Position numbers and translations under genes: made by a program. Shown here in pieces: positions 1 to 11,889 of a stretch of 64,000 bases of DNA. This DNA comes from Hydrolagus colliei (lineage: Eukaryota). A model generated the notes under the pieces. That model searched no databases and was not told the DNA's origin. It saw only the letters and a program-made list of their open reading frames with translations. The stretch's first letter is position 1; every line of letters starts with the position of its first letter. Where the stretch lies: contig CM068743.1 in the NCBI GenBank assembly GCA_035084275.1, forward strand, positions 43,772,001-43,836,000. The letters are read 5' to 3'.

Positions 1-359
1 ATGTTAGAGATAGTTTTGGGTTACAAGGTGTTTTACTGATGGTGAGCCGTCAGTAATAATGTCACATTCTTGGTGATCCAGTCAACACCACTCTGTCGCA
101 AATATGCTTGTGAAGCAATTTGAGACATTCTCCAAATGTGAAAGAATCTATACCAAAGGAAAGATTATTATTATCACTTTTTCACTCCAAATGTCACTTT
201 GAAATTGGCTTTTTTTTTTACTAAGGCATGCTTTCTTACCTGTCGCAAACAAACTTTTTCTGAATAATGATAATCCCCATGGGCATGGGATGTCTTATGT
301 TATCAGATCCATATTGACATAGTCATGATATATTATTGAATTGATTTAATAAAAGAGAC

Positions 360-1810
360 AACAGGGTGTGTAGGTGATGGCAAGCTGTGTTGATGGGGAA
401 GGACTTGAAGGAGGCTAGGGAGCGGGCAAGGCAGAGTCACTGCAGGATGGAATTCCAGAGGTGAGGGGCAAAGTTGCTGAATGCTCGCTTGCCAATGGTG
501 GGGCGGGTGTTCCGGGGAACATGGAGCAGGGCGGCGCCTGCTGAAGGGAAGGGACAGGCAAGTTGGTAGGGGTTTTGTTTGTCGCAGATGTATGGGTGGG
601 GCGAGGCCATGGAGTGCTTTGAATGTGTGGACCAGGATCTTGAATTGATTCCTCTGGGTAATGGGGAGCCAATTGAGTTGGGTGAGAATGGGGTAGATGG
701 GGTCACGGAGCTTGGAGCGGTAGAGGCCATGGGCTGCAGAGTTCTATATTATCTGCAGCCTATGGATGGAGGAATTGGTAAGGCTAACAAGCAGGGCATT
801 CGCGTAGTCGAGCCTGGCTGTGATGAAGGTTTCAGCAGCCTGAGGGGTGAGGTAGTGACAGAGTAGGGTAATATTGCGGAGGTGAAGGAAGGCAGAGCAA
901 GTCAGAGCGTGGATGTGGGTGAGGAAAGACAGTTGAGGATCAAACAAGACACCTAGGTTTGTGATTGGTTTAGTAAACATCTGATCACAGATGTTTAAAA
1001 TATCACTATAGACTTTGACCAGGGCTAGAGGCAGCATGGAAACCGGATTGTAGCAGTTCAAAAAGGGAAAGGCAAGAGCAAAAGGAGTGAAGTTGGGGAG
1101 CAACAATTCTTTCCAGGGCCTTAGATAGGAATGTGAGTTTGGAGATAGGACAGAAGCTGAAGTGTATGGATGGGTTCAGCAAAGGTTTTTTTTCAGGATA
1201 TGGGTGATGACAGCTATTTTTGGGTGGGAACAGATGCCGGTGGATAGGGAGAGGTTGATGATGTCAGTTGGGAGGTGGGTGGCTAGGAGGTGGAGCTGGG
1301 AGATGAGGAGAGAGGCAGATGCGGTCGAGTGAGCAGGTGGTGGGTTTCATTTTTTGGATGCGAACAGATTGAGCAGAGGGGGAGATAGGGTCAAATGTAA
1401 TGGGGGTGGGGTGGGAGCATGTTGGATCCTGTGGCAGAAGTAATGGGAGGGTAGTGATGGACGCAGTAGAGCTGGCTGAAGGAATCCCTTCAATTGTAGA
1501 TTCAAGGAAGTCTAGCATCTCCTCGCAGTTGGAATTGGAAGATAGGATGGGCGAGGCGTGGGAGAGTAAACAGAGGTGATGATTTATAGTGGAGAAGAGG
1601 AGCCTGAGGTTATCAATGGAGTAGAGGATGGAAGAGAGGGATTTGTGGAGAAAAGATAGTGAGGAGTGTAGGTCAGTTATTGAGCGCCAGAGGGGCAGGA
1701 GTTCAGGTGACTCTAGGGCAGCAGAGAGGGAGAGGCAGGAGATTTTTTTCTTGGGTGGTAAGTGAATGTTAGAGGATTGAGTAAGGGGAAGCGATGTGGA
1801 GGTATTCATT
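360..1810 (-). mobile_element. Degenerate L2-clade LINE fragment (ORF2 RT and C-terminal region)
   Basis: Minus-strand peptide remnants TTCSLD, NLGVLFDPQLSFLTHI, AFLHLRNI, ITARLDYANALL and RAFSNFAPHLWNS are typical of L2 ORF2; multiple frameshifts. Confidence 0.9.
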
Positions 1811-2586
1811 CAATTATAAATCCGCATGAGCATTGCATACACACATTTAGTACTAAAAAATAATCTCCTTCAATAGCTTACAGAGGCACTTGAGACAAAC
1901 TAGGTGATATGATGAGAAGTTCATAGGCTCAGATATCAGTCTGAATAAAAAGTAGTTCATCTTTGTTGTGGCAGCAACATGCCTTATTAAGGAGGAGGAA
2001 AAACATCAATCTGGGTTCCTGTTTATGATCACTAACCAGAGATGCCTTGCTGTAAAGCTTTTGTGTTCGATCAACATGTGGGTCAGAATGGGGTATCTCT
2101 ATGATGGTCCCTTGATTGAATAAACACAATATGAAGGGCAATATTTTTATCATGGCTAATTGAGTGAAACACAGAGAGATATGAATTACAGAGAGCTTTC
2201 TAAATTATGTCCCACTAGAAGGTGAAAAACAAAGGAAAATGGCTTCAGGACAAAAGGAGGAAGTGGATAGTAATGTGGAAGAGAAAAGTTGGAAGAGTAA
2301 AAATTTGTTTTGAAGAATTACTAATCTAGTGGGCAAGCAAATTTACTGGCGATCGAACAATCAACCATTAGATGCTCTCATAGGATGTTGCAATTTAATA
2401 AGAACTTTCATTTGATTTATTGCACAGCTCTTTATTACTGGAACAGAAGTGGATTTCAACATCTTTGTGTTCTCAGCCTGCTTTTAGAGATTGTCAAAGA
2501 GTGACAAATTTATTTAACCAAAGTTATACCGGGGAGAGAAAAGTGAACAAATGGCATGTGGGGGCTGATGGCATTATTTTCCTTAC

Positions 2587-2841
2587 AGAGGTAATGGAAC
2601 TAGCACAGTAAAGTTCACCTCAAGCGGCAAAAGATCCCTGACAACACAATGAATGTTCTCAAATAATATTGGATTCTTTGCATGAATACACAATGCATAT
2701 CTGGCAAATGTTGACAGTCCATTCCTGTCTGGAACAATGCGCTTCATATATACACAGTGGTTACAGTGGTGATATCTGTCTACAATTTCCACTGATTTGG
2801 TGTCCTCCGAAGTGAAGAAGTTAATCTTTGAATACAGCAAA
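2587..2841 (-). CDS. Candidate internal coding exon (255 nt, phase 2-2) of an unidentified gene
   Basis: Stop-free frame LLYSKINFFTSEDTKSVEIVDRYHHCNHCVYMKRIVP...IHCVVRDLLPLEVNFTVLVPLP in non-repeat DNA, with acceptor atttctccaattcaatcag and donor ct|gtaagg; alternative donor gag|gtgaac. Confidence 0.55.
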
Positions 2842-3060
2842 CTGATTGAATTGGAGAAATAATATTTTTTTCTAGCCTACCAACCTGGATAAAGAAAGCA
2901 ATAATAATAATAACCTAGCATTTGATAAAGTGCTCAATCAGGTTGTCGAAACTTTCAAACTGCTTAACTGGATTTACTGTAAAGTGTAGTGAATGCGTAC
3001 TTTGGGGACAATTTACTACCAACAGTAATGTTCTACAAACAGCCATAAAAATGAATGAGC

Positions 3061-3117
3061 CCCCACATTGGGCTTTGGGCCCCACATTGGGCTTTGGGCC
3101 CCACATTGGGCTTTGGG
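3061..3117. repeat. Perfect 19-bp tandem repeat x3 (ccccacattgggctttggg)
   Basis: Three identical units at 3061-3079, 3080-3098 and 3099-3117. Confidence 0.97.
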
Positions 3118-3227
3118 CCCTCTGGAACTCAGAACTAGCAAATAAATAAAAGATTACAGGATTATTCTATTCTTTGTAATAGTGGAATATTGTCACTACT
3201 AACAAGAGAAGAATTAGACATGCTTAC

Positions 3228-3269
3228 AATCCCAGGTAATTGTAACAACAGCAGAACCAAAACAAAGTA
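3228..3269 (-). CDS. Candidate 42-nt exon
   Basis: Acceptor ttttcactacag and donor att|gtaagc; the phase-2 frame TLFWFCCCYNYLG joins in frame to the 2587-2841 exon. Confidence 0.3.
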
Positions 3270-3944
3270 CTGTAGTGAAAATTTAACAGCAAGATTATAC
3301 TGACACATCTTGCATTCTCAAGAAGCAAAATTAAATATAGGGGAGAATCCATGCCCCAATAAGGACATATTTTAAGCAACAGGTTAATGGAACCCTCGAA
3401 AACTACAGCAATTTCAATGCCTTTAGATCCAGGGTAAACTACTGTATAACGAACCAATATATGCCTCTCAGGCTAAAGCTCTATAGTCTAACTGTAGTAT
3501 GATCTATTATCCAATTTCTTATCATCTTCACTTGGCTTCTTGTCAGTTTTCATCTGATATATCTATACAATGGTCTGCAGGCCAGATCGAAACTAACTGT
3601 CTGTACAGTGTATTGTGGACAACACCAACTGGTAGAGCCTGGGCTGCATTAGTTCTGGATTCACATGCTGCCTCTAGGCTCAGCTGTACCAGTGCTGCTG
3701 AGATAGCATCTGGCCTGTTTGTATCCAGATCAACAGCAGTTGTACTTTAATGTTCATTGACCTTGCTAGTCTAATGAAGGGCTTTGAACAGTGCTGGCAT
3801 TTGCTACAACATATGCTGTTTTATCAGCAGGTTAGCTTAAATGAGCAGACTCCAATTAAATTCAAAAGAGAAGGGAAGTAACATTTTGTGTCCACTTTCC
3901 ATTGCTGGATCTATAAAAAGGATTCACCCAGATCAAATAACAGA

Positions 3945-4192
3945 GATAAAAATAAAGTGCTTTAAAGGCTGAAAATCTGAAATGAAAAAAAATTGGATAG
4001 CATGGAAATGCACAGCAGGTCAATCAGCATCTGAAGGAGAAAAATTGTTTAAAGTTTTGTGTGAGACTATATTTTGTGACTCAGAGTCTTGTGCTCTGAT
4101 GAAGAATTCCACTTGAAATGGGAGCCTATCTTTTCCTTCCAAATATTAGTTGACCTGATTTTAATTTCCAGCTTTTTCTAGTTCTATTTCAG
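3945..4192. mobile_element. Old degenerate palindromic element related to 8990-9224 (Penelope-like terminal repeat)
   Basis: Arms cagcaggtcaa / ttgacctg and ctgaaat / atttcag; central ctctgatgaag...ttgaaat at 4094-4119. Confidence 0.5.
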
Positions 4193-4606
4193 TCAAATTT
4201 CAGTTTGAGTGATCTCTGCAGGATCCCATAAGATGTAAATGTTGGTGCTCAAGTGCTCAATTCTCTATTTACAATCTTCTACTGATCTGGAATACACCCA
4301 GGAAGGAATCCTTGTTCTTAAAGAAGTACTGTTGATAGAAGAAATGTTAATGTATCATTCTACCATCAAACATCTGCCAATAAAAATGTGTCATTTTAAA
4401 CCATGACAATGAACTAAGGTTGGCTGCTGCATTTCGCCCACAAAATACACAATCAATTCAAATTACAGTATAGTATGTGAAACGCTTTGAGACATATTGA
4501 AGATGTGATGCGGTAATATATTAAATGCAAGAATTATTATTATTACTTTTTTTATTTTATTGTGCATTCATCTTCAATTCATCTGCAAAAAAGATAAATC
4601 CATTGA

Positions 4607-6365
4607 ATCATAGAATCATAGAATCTTATGGCATAAAAGGAGGCCATTTGGCCTATTGAGTCTGTGCTAGCTCTTTGAAAAGAGCAATTCAATCCCACTC
4701 CCCAGCTCTCTCCCCATAACAGCACAAACCCGTCCTCCCCAAATAAGCATCTACCTCTCTTTTAAAGGTTGTTATCAAATCGGCCTCCACCACTTTTGCA
4801 GGCAATGCATTCCAGATTTGAACAACTCGCTGACTAAAAAAAATTCTCCTCACCTCCCCTCTGCTTAATAAAAAACTATTTTAAATCTGTGACCTCGAGT
4901 CACTGATACACCCACCAGTGGAACCAGTTTTTCCCTGTTTACCCTGTTGAATCCCCTCATGTTCTTCAAAACCTCTATTAGATCTCCTCGTAACCTTCTC
5001 TGCTCCAATGAGAGTAAACCTAGCCTCTCTAGCCTTTCCTTATAACTGAAGTCCCTCATTCCTGGTACCATCCTGGTAAATCTCCTCTGCACCCTTTCCA
5101 ATGCCTTAACATCCTTCCTAAAGTGTGGTGACCAGAATTGATCACAGTACTCTAGCTGAGGCCTAACCAAAGTTTTATAGCGGTTAGTCAGAACTTTCTG
5201 ACTTTTGTACTCTATTTTTCCTAACTTTGTGTCATCTGCAAACTTGGAAATGGTACTTCCTATACCCAAGTCCAGATCATTAATATAATTTAAAAGGAAC
5301 AGTGGTCCCAATCCCGATCCCTGGGAGAATCTACTGTATACTTCCCTCCAGGCAGAAAAGCAGCCGTTCACCACAACTCTCTGCTTTCTGCCTCCCAGCC
5401 AGCTCTGGATCCATGCTGCCACTGTCCCTTTACACCATGGGCTTCTATTTTCCTTATAAGCCTTTTATGTGGCACTTTGTCAAATAAACTACATCAACTG
5501 CATTACCCTCATCCACCTATTCCGTCACCTTATCAAAAAATTAAAATTTGTCAGGCAAGATTTGCCTTTTAACAAATCCGTGCTGCCTGTCCTTTATTAA
5601 CCAATATTGTTCTATCTTGTCCCTGATTATAGTCTCCAGAAGTTTCCCCACTACCGACGTTAGACTGACTGGCCTGTAGTTTCCAGGTTTGTCCTTCTGC
5701 CCCTTTTTGTGCAGGGGAGTAAGATTAGCAACCTTCCAGTCCTCTGGCACCACCCCTGTGTCCAAGGAAGATTGAAAGATTGTGGCCAGTGCCTCTGCTA
5801 TTTGCATCTGTACTTCGCTTAGTAACCTAGGATGCATCCCATCCGACCAAGTAACTTATCTACCTTGAGCGCCATCAACCATTATAGTACTTCTTCTCTG
5901 TTTATACTTATCCTATTAATTTCCTCTACCCTCTCCTCCAATACTGTGGCATTGGCTGCATACTCTTATTTTGTGAAGACACATGCACTCATTCAGTACA
6001 TTAGCCATGCCCTCTGCCTCCACAATAAGATTTCCTCCTTGGTCCCCAATTTGCCCCACCCCAACCTTTGACTAACCTTTTATTCTTGATATGCTTGTAA
6101 AATACTTTAGGGTTCCCTTTAATGTTACTCGCTAATCATTTCTCGTACAGTCTTTTTGTCCCTCTAATTTCCCTTTTCAGTTCTCTTCTGCACTTCCTAT
6201 ATTCTGTTTGGTTGTCTTCTGTATTTTGGGCATGACATTTGTCATAAGCCTCCTTTTTTTGTTTTATTTTAGTCCCAATTTCCTTAGTCATCCAGTGAGG
6301 TTTGGATGCCCTACTTTTCACCTTTGTGGGCATGTATTTGTTCTGTCACCAAACTATCTCCTCCA
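4607..6365 (-). mobile_element. 5'-truncated CR1-clade LINE
   Basis: Peptides [37 protein letters not shown] and LVRPQLEYC; 3' tail (aatcatag)n at 4607-4625. Confidence 0.95.
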
Positions 6366-6432
6366 TCACTTCACTTCCCATCTATACAGCATAGAAGAGA
6401 ATAATATGAACAGAAGGAAACCCAGACAAGCT

Positions 6433-6577
6433 CTTGGCAAACTTCACTTGTTACATTTGCCCACAAATATATACAGTCAATTCACTTACAGTATATTCTG
6501 TGAAGCACTTTGGTACGTCGATAAGATGTGAAAAGCACGATATCAAATGCAAGGATAATAATAATAATTATTATTAT
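6433..6577 (+). mobile_element. 3' part of tRNA-derived DeuSINE-type SINE
   Basis: cccacaaatatatacagtcaattcac...gtgaagcactttg...tatcaaatgcaagg followed by (taa)/(tta) tail; matches full copies elsewhere in the window. Confidence 0.8.
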
Positions 6578-6679
6578 CTTCAAAAACAACCTTTTCATCA
6601 CCTTCTGCTTGCTATTTCTAAACATGTTTTAAATCCAAATAATGTAACTTGCCATAATTTTATAATTTTGTTTGCAATT

Positions 6680-6875
6680 GTTTTTGCTCAGCCAGGTGTC
6701 TGACATCACCATGATTACGAGTACCCGAACCAGACTGAGAGTTCCACATATGTGTTGTCTACACAAGGGCATTTCCATGTGCCAAGAAAGACATTTGCAA
6801 TTGTTCCCAGAGGGACACATTTAGTGAACTTAATTCCAGTGAGTATGAAACATAGGTTGGTGGGAGCCAAGGCAT
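6680..6875 (-). repeat. Unclassified old dispersed repeat, copy 1 of 3
   Basis: Reverse complement catatgtggaactctcagtctggttcgg...tgtcagacacctggctga aligns by eye with 30460-30630 and 61555-61770. Confidence 0.65.
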
Positions 6876-7366
6876 TTACAAATATCATGTGTAAAACGTT
6901 GTTAAATGCCTTCTGAAAATTCATGCAAATTATATACACTGGATAATTTATGACCACTGCTGCACTAATTTAGTTTCTTAATCTAATTAAAGATTTAAGC
7001 ACAAACTCTATGGTAGATAGTTTACAGGTTTGAAGAAAAAACAGTCAGTGGAAGACAGTTCTAAGTTTTGATTCTCAAAGCATACATTATATAGTTATCG
7101 GAAGATAATAAATCCAGAGCCAATGGAATTCACAAAAACAGTAAAAATTAATAATTGAATTCACAGACTATACAGCACCAAATCAGGTCATTCCACACAA
7201 ATAATCCATGCTGGTATTTATACTTTGCATGCACCTCCATCCCTCCTAAACCCGTCTCCTAAATTCCAGCATTCTCTTTTTCCTCGCGTTTGAAAGAAGG
7301 AACAAAAACTCGGAACCTATTGAAAGCAGAAGCAAAGAACCTTGAGAACAAGCTGCCAAAGCTAAC

Positions 7367-7462
7367 CAACCATTGGATGTACAATCATAAAAGCCTTGAG
7401 CAAGATGAATACTGCAGCAACAGAATAATAGAGACATATCTGTCAAAATCATCCCAAACTCA
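7367..7462 (-). CDS. Candidate 96-nt exon
   Basis: Strong acceptor ttgtttcctttgttcaaatttttacag; open phase-2 frame EFGMILTDMSLLFCCCSIHLAQGFYDCTSNG; donor tg|gttagc is only moderate. Confidence 0.25.
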
Positions 7463-7684
7463 CTGTAAAAATTTGAACAAAGGAAACAACAAAGAAATGT
7501 AATAGTATCAGTCCATTGAAAATATGCATAAAAGAATTGACAAGATTAATAATCCAATAGTACAAAACCACCACGAAATATCATTAAAAGTTAGCATTTT
7601 TTTTATCAACTTGTTAGAAACTGATATAAAAAATTCTAAATGTACACTATATAGTGTAAAATAATTGAATTGAGTTGCTAAGCA

Positions 7685-7830
7685 TAATAGTAATCCTTGC
7701 ATTTGATATAGCACTTTTCACATCTTCTAGAGTTTCAAAGCGCTTCACAGAATATATTGTAAAGTGAATTGACTGTACATTTTTGGGCGAAATGCAGCAG
7801 CATAGTTGATGCAAGGATTATTATAGGTAA
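7685..7830 (-). mobile_element. SINE 3' fragment (same family as 18582-18898)
   Basis: taatccttgcatttgatatagcacttttcaca...caaagcgcttcacagaatat...gtgaattgactgt. Confidence 0.85.
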
Positions 7831-8789
7831 CCACAGGTATGAAACTGCCGAACACAGTAGATACCTAAACATTCTGGATAATTCTTGCTGATCTCCTCAA
7901 GTAACATATATATATTTAGCTAAGAGAGATTTTGAAATAGTTAAAACAGCACAGAACCAAGCAACCAGATACACAAATTTGATGTGTTACAATAGGTAGT
8001 TATGGGAAGTAGAATTAAGTACATACAAGATTATTATTATACTAAAGCAGAAGTTTACAGCACACAAACACACTTTTTTGGCTCATCACAGTCTGCAGTG
8101 GTGTTTTTCTCCACATGAGTCAATCTAAGCCAAATCCCTCCCACAAAATGATTTGAGAATGTAACCTTCATTGTAATGTCACACCTTGTTCTCCTGTTCC
8201 ATTCTTTGCTTCTCCTATATATTGTCCAAGACACTGATTTTGTCCTGGGTTTCTTGTTCATCTCTTCAGTTTGTATAATCAGCAGTTGTGTCATTACTCA
8301 ATATTTTGTATATCAAATGCACAGTTTATTAGTAATATTATTGTTACTACTCCTCTGCCACTGTTAAGTGCTCCAAGAGCATTACACAAATGCAATTTGT
8401 TGTTGTACTGCTTGACAATTATACTTGCTTGATGTGTCTGAGGAAAAATAAGAATCTGATCGCTTCCTTTTTTGAAAAATCTATTTGGCATTGATTTGTT
8501 CCAAACTATCAGAGCTGTTAAAAAGTCAAATATACAATGTAACATCACAACATATCCATCAACAAGGGTTAATAAACAACATTTTCTTTTCAAAAAGGGT
8601 TTTCATTGCAATAAAGCAAATTATATTAATACAGGATTTCCCACTTTTTCTAATTTTGACTCTTTGAAATGTCTAGAAGATATGAATGGCACCATATCAA
8701 ATGCATGGATTATCATTATTTACTGTGAGTTACAGCCCATCTTAATGTTGTGTTACTGATTTTCACTCACATGCATCTTCCAGCGAAGT

Positions 8790-8985
8790 TCTTTAGATAG
8801 TGCTTAAGAGCAGAAACCTTGTCCAGTTTTGCACTCCATAATCTAGGAATATTGAGCCCAATGCTGTATCTCAACTACTGTCCCAGTTGACATCAGCTAA
8901 CTCAGCAACGTCCTGGATTCAAACTTGCAAACCTCTGATCAATTAATATAGCCAAATAGATAGTATATTTACCCACCGGACCATT
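8790..8985 (-). mobile_element. LF-SINE-like ancient SINE relic
   Basis: cagttgacatcagctaactcagca...ggattcaaac resembles the reverse complement of the LF-SINE tRNA-like head and body (recognised from memory). Confidence 0.5.
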
Positions 8986-8989
8986 GCTC

Positions 8990-9224
8990 GAATAAAAACA
9001 GAGATCGCTGGGAACACTTAGTAGGTCAGGCAGCATTTATGGAGAAGGGAAAGGAGTTAATATTTCAGGTCCATGACCCTTCATCAGAATCGCTAGGGTT
9101 CTGATGAAAGGTTCTGAACTTGAAACATTGACTCACTTTCATTTCTCCATAGATGCTGCCTGACCTGCTGAATGTTCCCAACGATTTCTATTTTTATTTC
9201 CAGCATCTGCAGCATTGTGCATTT
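8990..9224. mobile_element. Palindromic Penelope-like terminal-repeat element with two hammerhead-like cores
   Basis: Inverted arms of about 100 bp (aataaaaacagagatcgctgggaacac...aggtcaggcagcat / atgctgcctgacctgctg...gttcccaacgatttctatttttatt); CTGATGA-stem-GAAA on both strands at the centre. Confidence 0.6.
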
Positions 9225-10729
9225 CTGGATTATTGAAGGAGTTGGCTATTTCTTGTTCAAAGTGTAAAGAAAGGTGAAAATGAATTGACAAGTGTTTTGT
9301 ACGGTTGGAGGCGAACAACCTTGCCAAAGTGGAGGTAAATAGTCCTGGTGAAGGTTTGGATGTTGGGTAGAAAGGACAACTGACATTTGACAACTAGGGT
9401 GTCCATTGATTCAATGGTTTCAGTTCGGTCTGCACTTGCTATAGTAATATGTTAGACATATGTTCTTTTTGTGTTCATTCCTATGCTTAACAAGCTCTCT
9501 GGAGAGAAAGCCATGTCAGTATTGCAATTTTCTTTCTACTCCTGTTCACCTGAATGATATATGATGATCTTGTACAAATTGTTTCTGGTTGTCTGCCCTA
9601 TTTATCATCCAATAACGATTCTTATTCAAAAAAAACAAAAGTTTGAATAGTTTATTAAGAAGAAGCTGGTGTGTTGCCTTATTTATGTAAAGGTGAAGTG
9701 TCATCTTCAATAACAGACTCAACTGCCTGGGATTTCCATAATTTTAAGCCATACTATCAACTGTCAAAATGTTTCACTTTGTATGTTTACAAATTTATTC
9801 TATTGAATTTCTTTCCTTACTAAGTTCTCCCAAACTCCTTTGAATGTGTCATAAAGAAATTTAAATCTCTGTGGCTTGATGTAAGCCCCATTAATCTCCA
9901 TTAATAAACTGCAATCATATGACAAGCCCCCAAATGCATTAATAATTAATTTTAATAAACTGATTGATTAACCTAGTTTGTTTGCATCATTTACCTGGGA
10001 AATTTCCCTTATTTTCTTTCCCTAACTTTCCTTTACGGTACGTGAAGTGCTTTGAGAGTGTGGTGCAAGGGGGTTATGGGAGGAGACCTAAAGGCTATGC
10101 AGATGAGAGCAACAAGTATGATCCACGTTGTGAGAGCAATGAGGAATTTGCAATGATTAGAGAAGCCACAACTCTTCTGTTTTGAGAAAAGTTGTCTCAT
10201 AGGTGACCACATAAAGCAAGAGAACCTAAGTTTAGAGTTGCAAAGGTCAATTTAAGGACAGATAATAAGATAGTTTTCATACCTAGAGGGTAATTAATAA
10301 CTGTGAAAGCTTACTCAGAAGGTTGAGGCCCGGTTGCTGGACTCATTGAAAAAAAACAGGTTGATGCTTTGATGGGAGAACATTAGAGTGGATAATATAG
10401 AATGATGAGGTCAGATGGGAGATCAGGGCCTTTTTCATCTGAACTTGTAATCGTGTGAGACATCCTCCTGATGTGAAATATAAAATTGGTGTTGCTATTG
10501 TATTTTGAAAACATTTCCAGACATTAAGATACTGGGTGTGAAAATGCAATGTTCACCAAGTAGTTTTGAAACATCAATTCCACTTTACTGTTCAGGAATT
10601 TTGAAATCACATGATTAATGTGAAATTGGTGAATATTAAATTGTGGGTCCAAAACATGCAAAGTCCACAAAAGGAGGCCAGAACCTGCTGAGAGTGGGGA
10701 GTGAACAGGTTGATATGCCATTAGCAGGT

Positions 10730-11340
10730 CACAGAGGAAGGTAACAGCAAATTTGTGGATGAAGATTTTGAACACTGTCCTCTGAGGGATAGGGAGCCAG
10801 TGGAGCCAGGTGACGGCGGGGATGATAGCATCATGGAACCTGTTACGGGAGAGGACATGAGCTGCAGAGTTCTAAATGATATGCAGCTTTTGGAGATAAG
10901 ATTTGTGAATTCAAATGGTGCCAGTCAGCACCTTGGGACATCCTCCTGATGTGAAAGGCGCTCTATAAATGTAATTTAGTTGTTGTTATTGTAAGTGTGA
11001 CAAACACAGGAATGAGGGTTTCAGCAGCCTGAGGGGAGAGGCAGTGAAATAACCATTGCAGTGGTGTGTGAAGGCAGAACGGGTTATGGCATGGATGTTT
11101 GGTGAAAAGGTTGAATGTCAAACAAGATGCCTGGGTTCCAGACTCGCGCCGTTTGGTGGAGTGTGCGTCCATGGATGGTGATGGTGCAAGTGTCTGAGGT
11201 GTGGAGGTGTTCATGGGAGTCATTCAGGAAGATCTTGTTCATATTCAACAGGAGAAAGTTAGCTCTCAACCAGAGCTTGATATCTGACAGATTTTCTTTT
11301 GGGACAGGTCAAAGAGACAGCACAAAGAGATATAGTTGAC
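10730..11340 (-). mobile_element. L2 LINE fragment with a short plus-strand L2 3' tail nested at about 10925-10990
   Basis: Peptides ANFLLLN, NPGILFD and LSPQAAETLI; nested ccttgggacatcctcctgatgtgaaaggcgct...ttgttgtt. Confidence 0.8.
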
Positions 11341-11889
11341 AACATGACATTTGTCTCTTTGAGCAAAACTGTTTGTGTTTGGGGCAAAACGGAAACCTGA
11401 TTGGAAGGGTTTGTATAGTTAGTGTTGGTTAAGGACAAGTCAAGCTTTGAATAGGAGATGGGAATTAAGGAAATATCAGATGTTCAGATAGACTATTGGT
11501 TTCAATATTAAAGATCAAAGATTATAATTGAATTGGAATCTGTTTTGTCACATAAGCAAAACTAATATTCATGCTAAAAAGGTAGGTTATGGTTTGTTAA
11601 TATCTAGAGAATTTTTTAAATTTGGTTACCAAGCAAGAGTATTGGTTAATGTTACCATTCTTCAAATATCACTAAGACATTTAATTCTCTCATTGCCGCT
11701 GATGAAATGTATTGCATCATAGAACTCGAAGGAAAAGTACAGTGTTTGATCAACATAATAATTAATGACCCTGCTTCCGGCTAATAAGCTTCAGATTTGC
11801 AGCATGACTGAAAATCCATATTTGTGGCTGGTCTACCTGTAAATCATTGTAAGTTTGCTACAATTTGCTTAGTGAAAGTACTTGTAAGC

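Noticed and set aside
2037-2110. Candidate minus-strand exon GTIIEIPHSDPHVDRTQKLYSKASL
   Set aside because: Its open frame starts in phase 1 and is incompatible with either donor of the 2587-2841 exon; the AAG acceptor is weak
2587-2841. Assignment to GREB1 (YHHC motif) or to HGSNAT proper
   Set aside because: The GREB1 resemblance is limited to four residues; the HGSNAT resemblance is remote and recalled from memory, with a different exon structure, so no gene symbol is assigned
3061-3117. Possible CRISPR-like array
   Set aside because: Direct tandem units with no spacers, in a eukaryotic context
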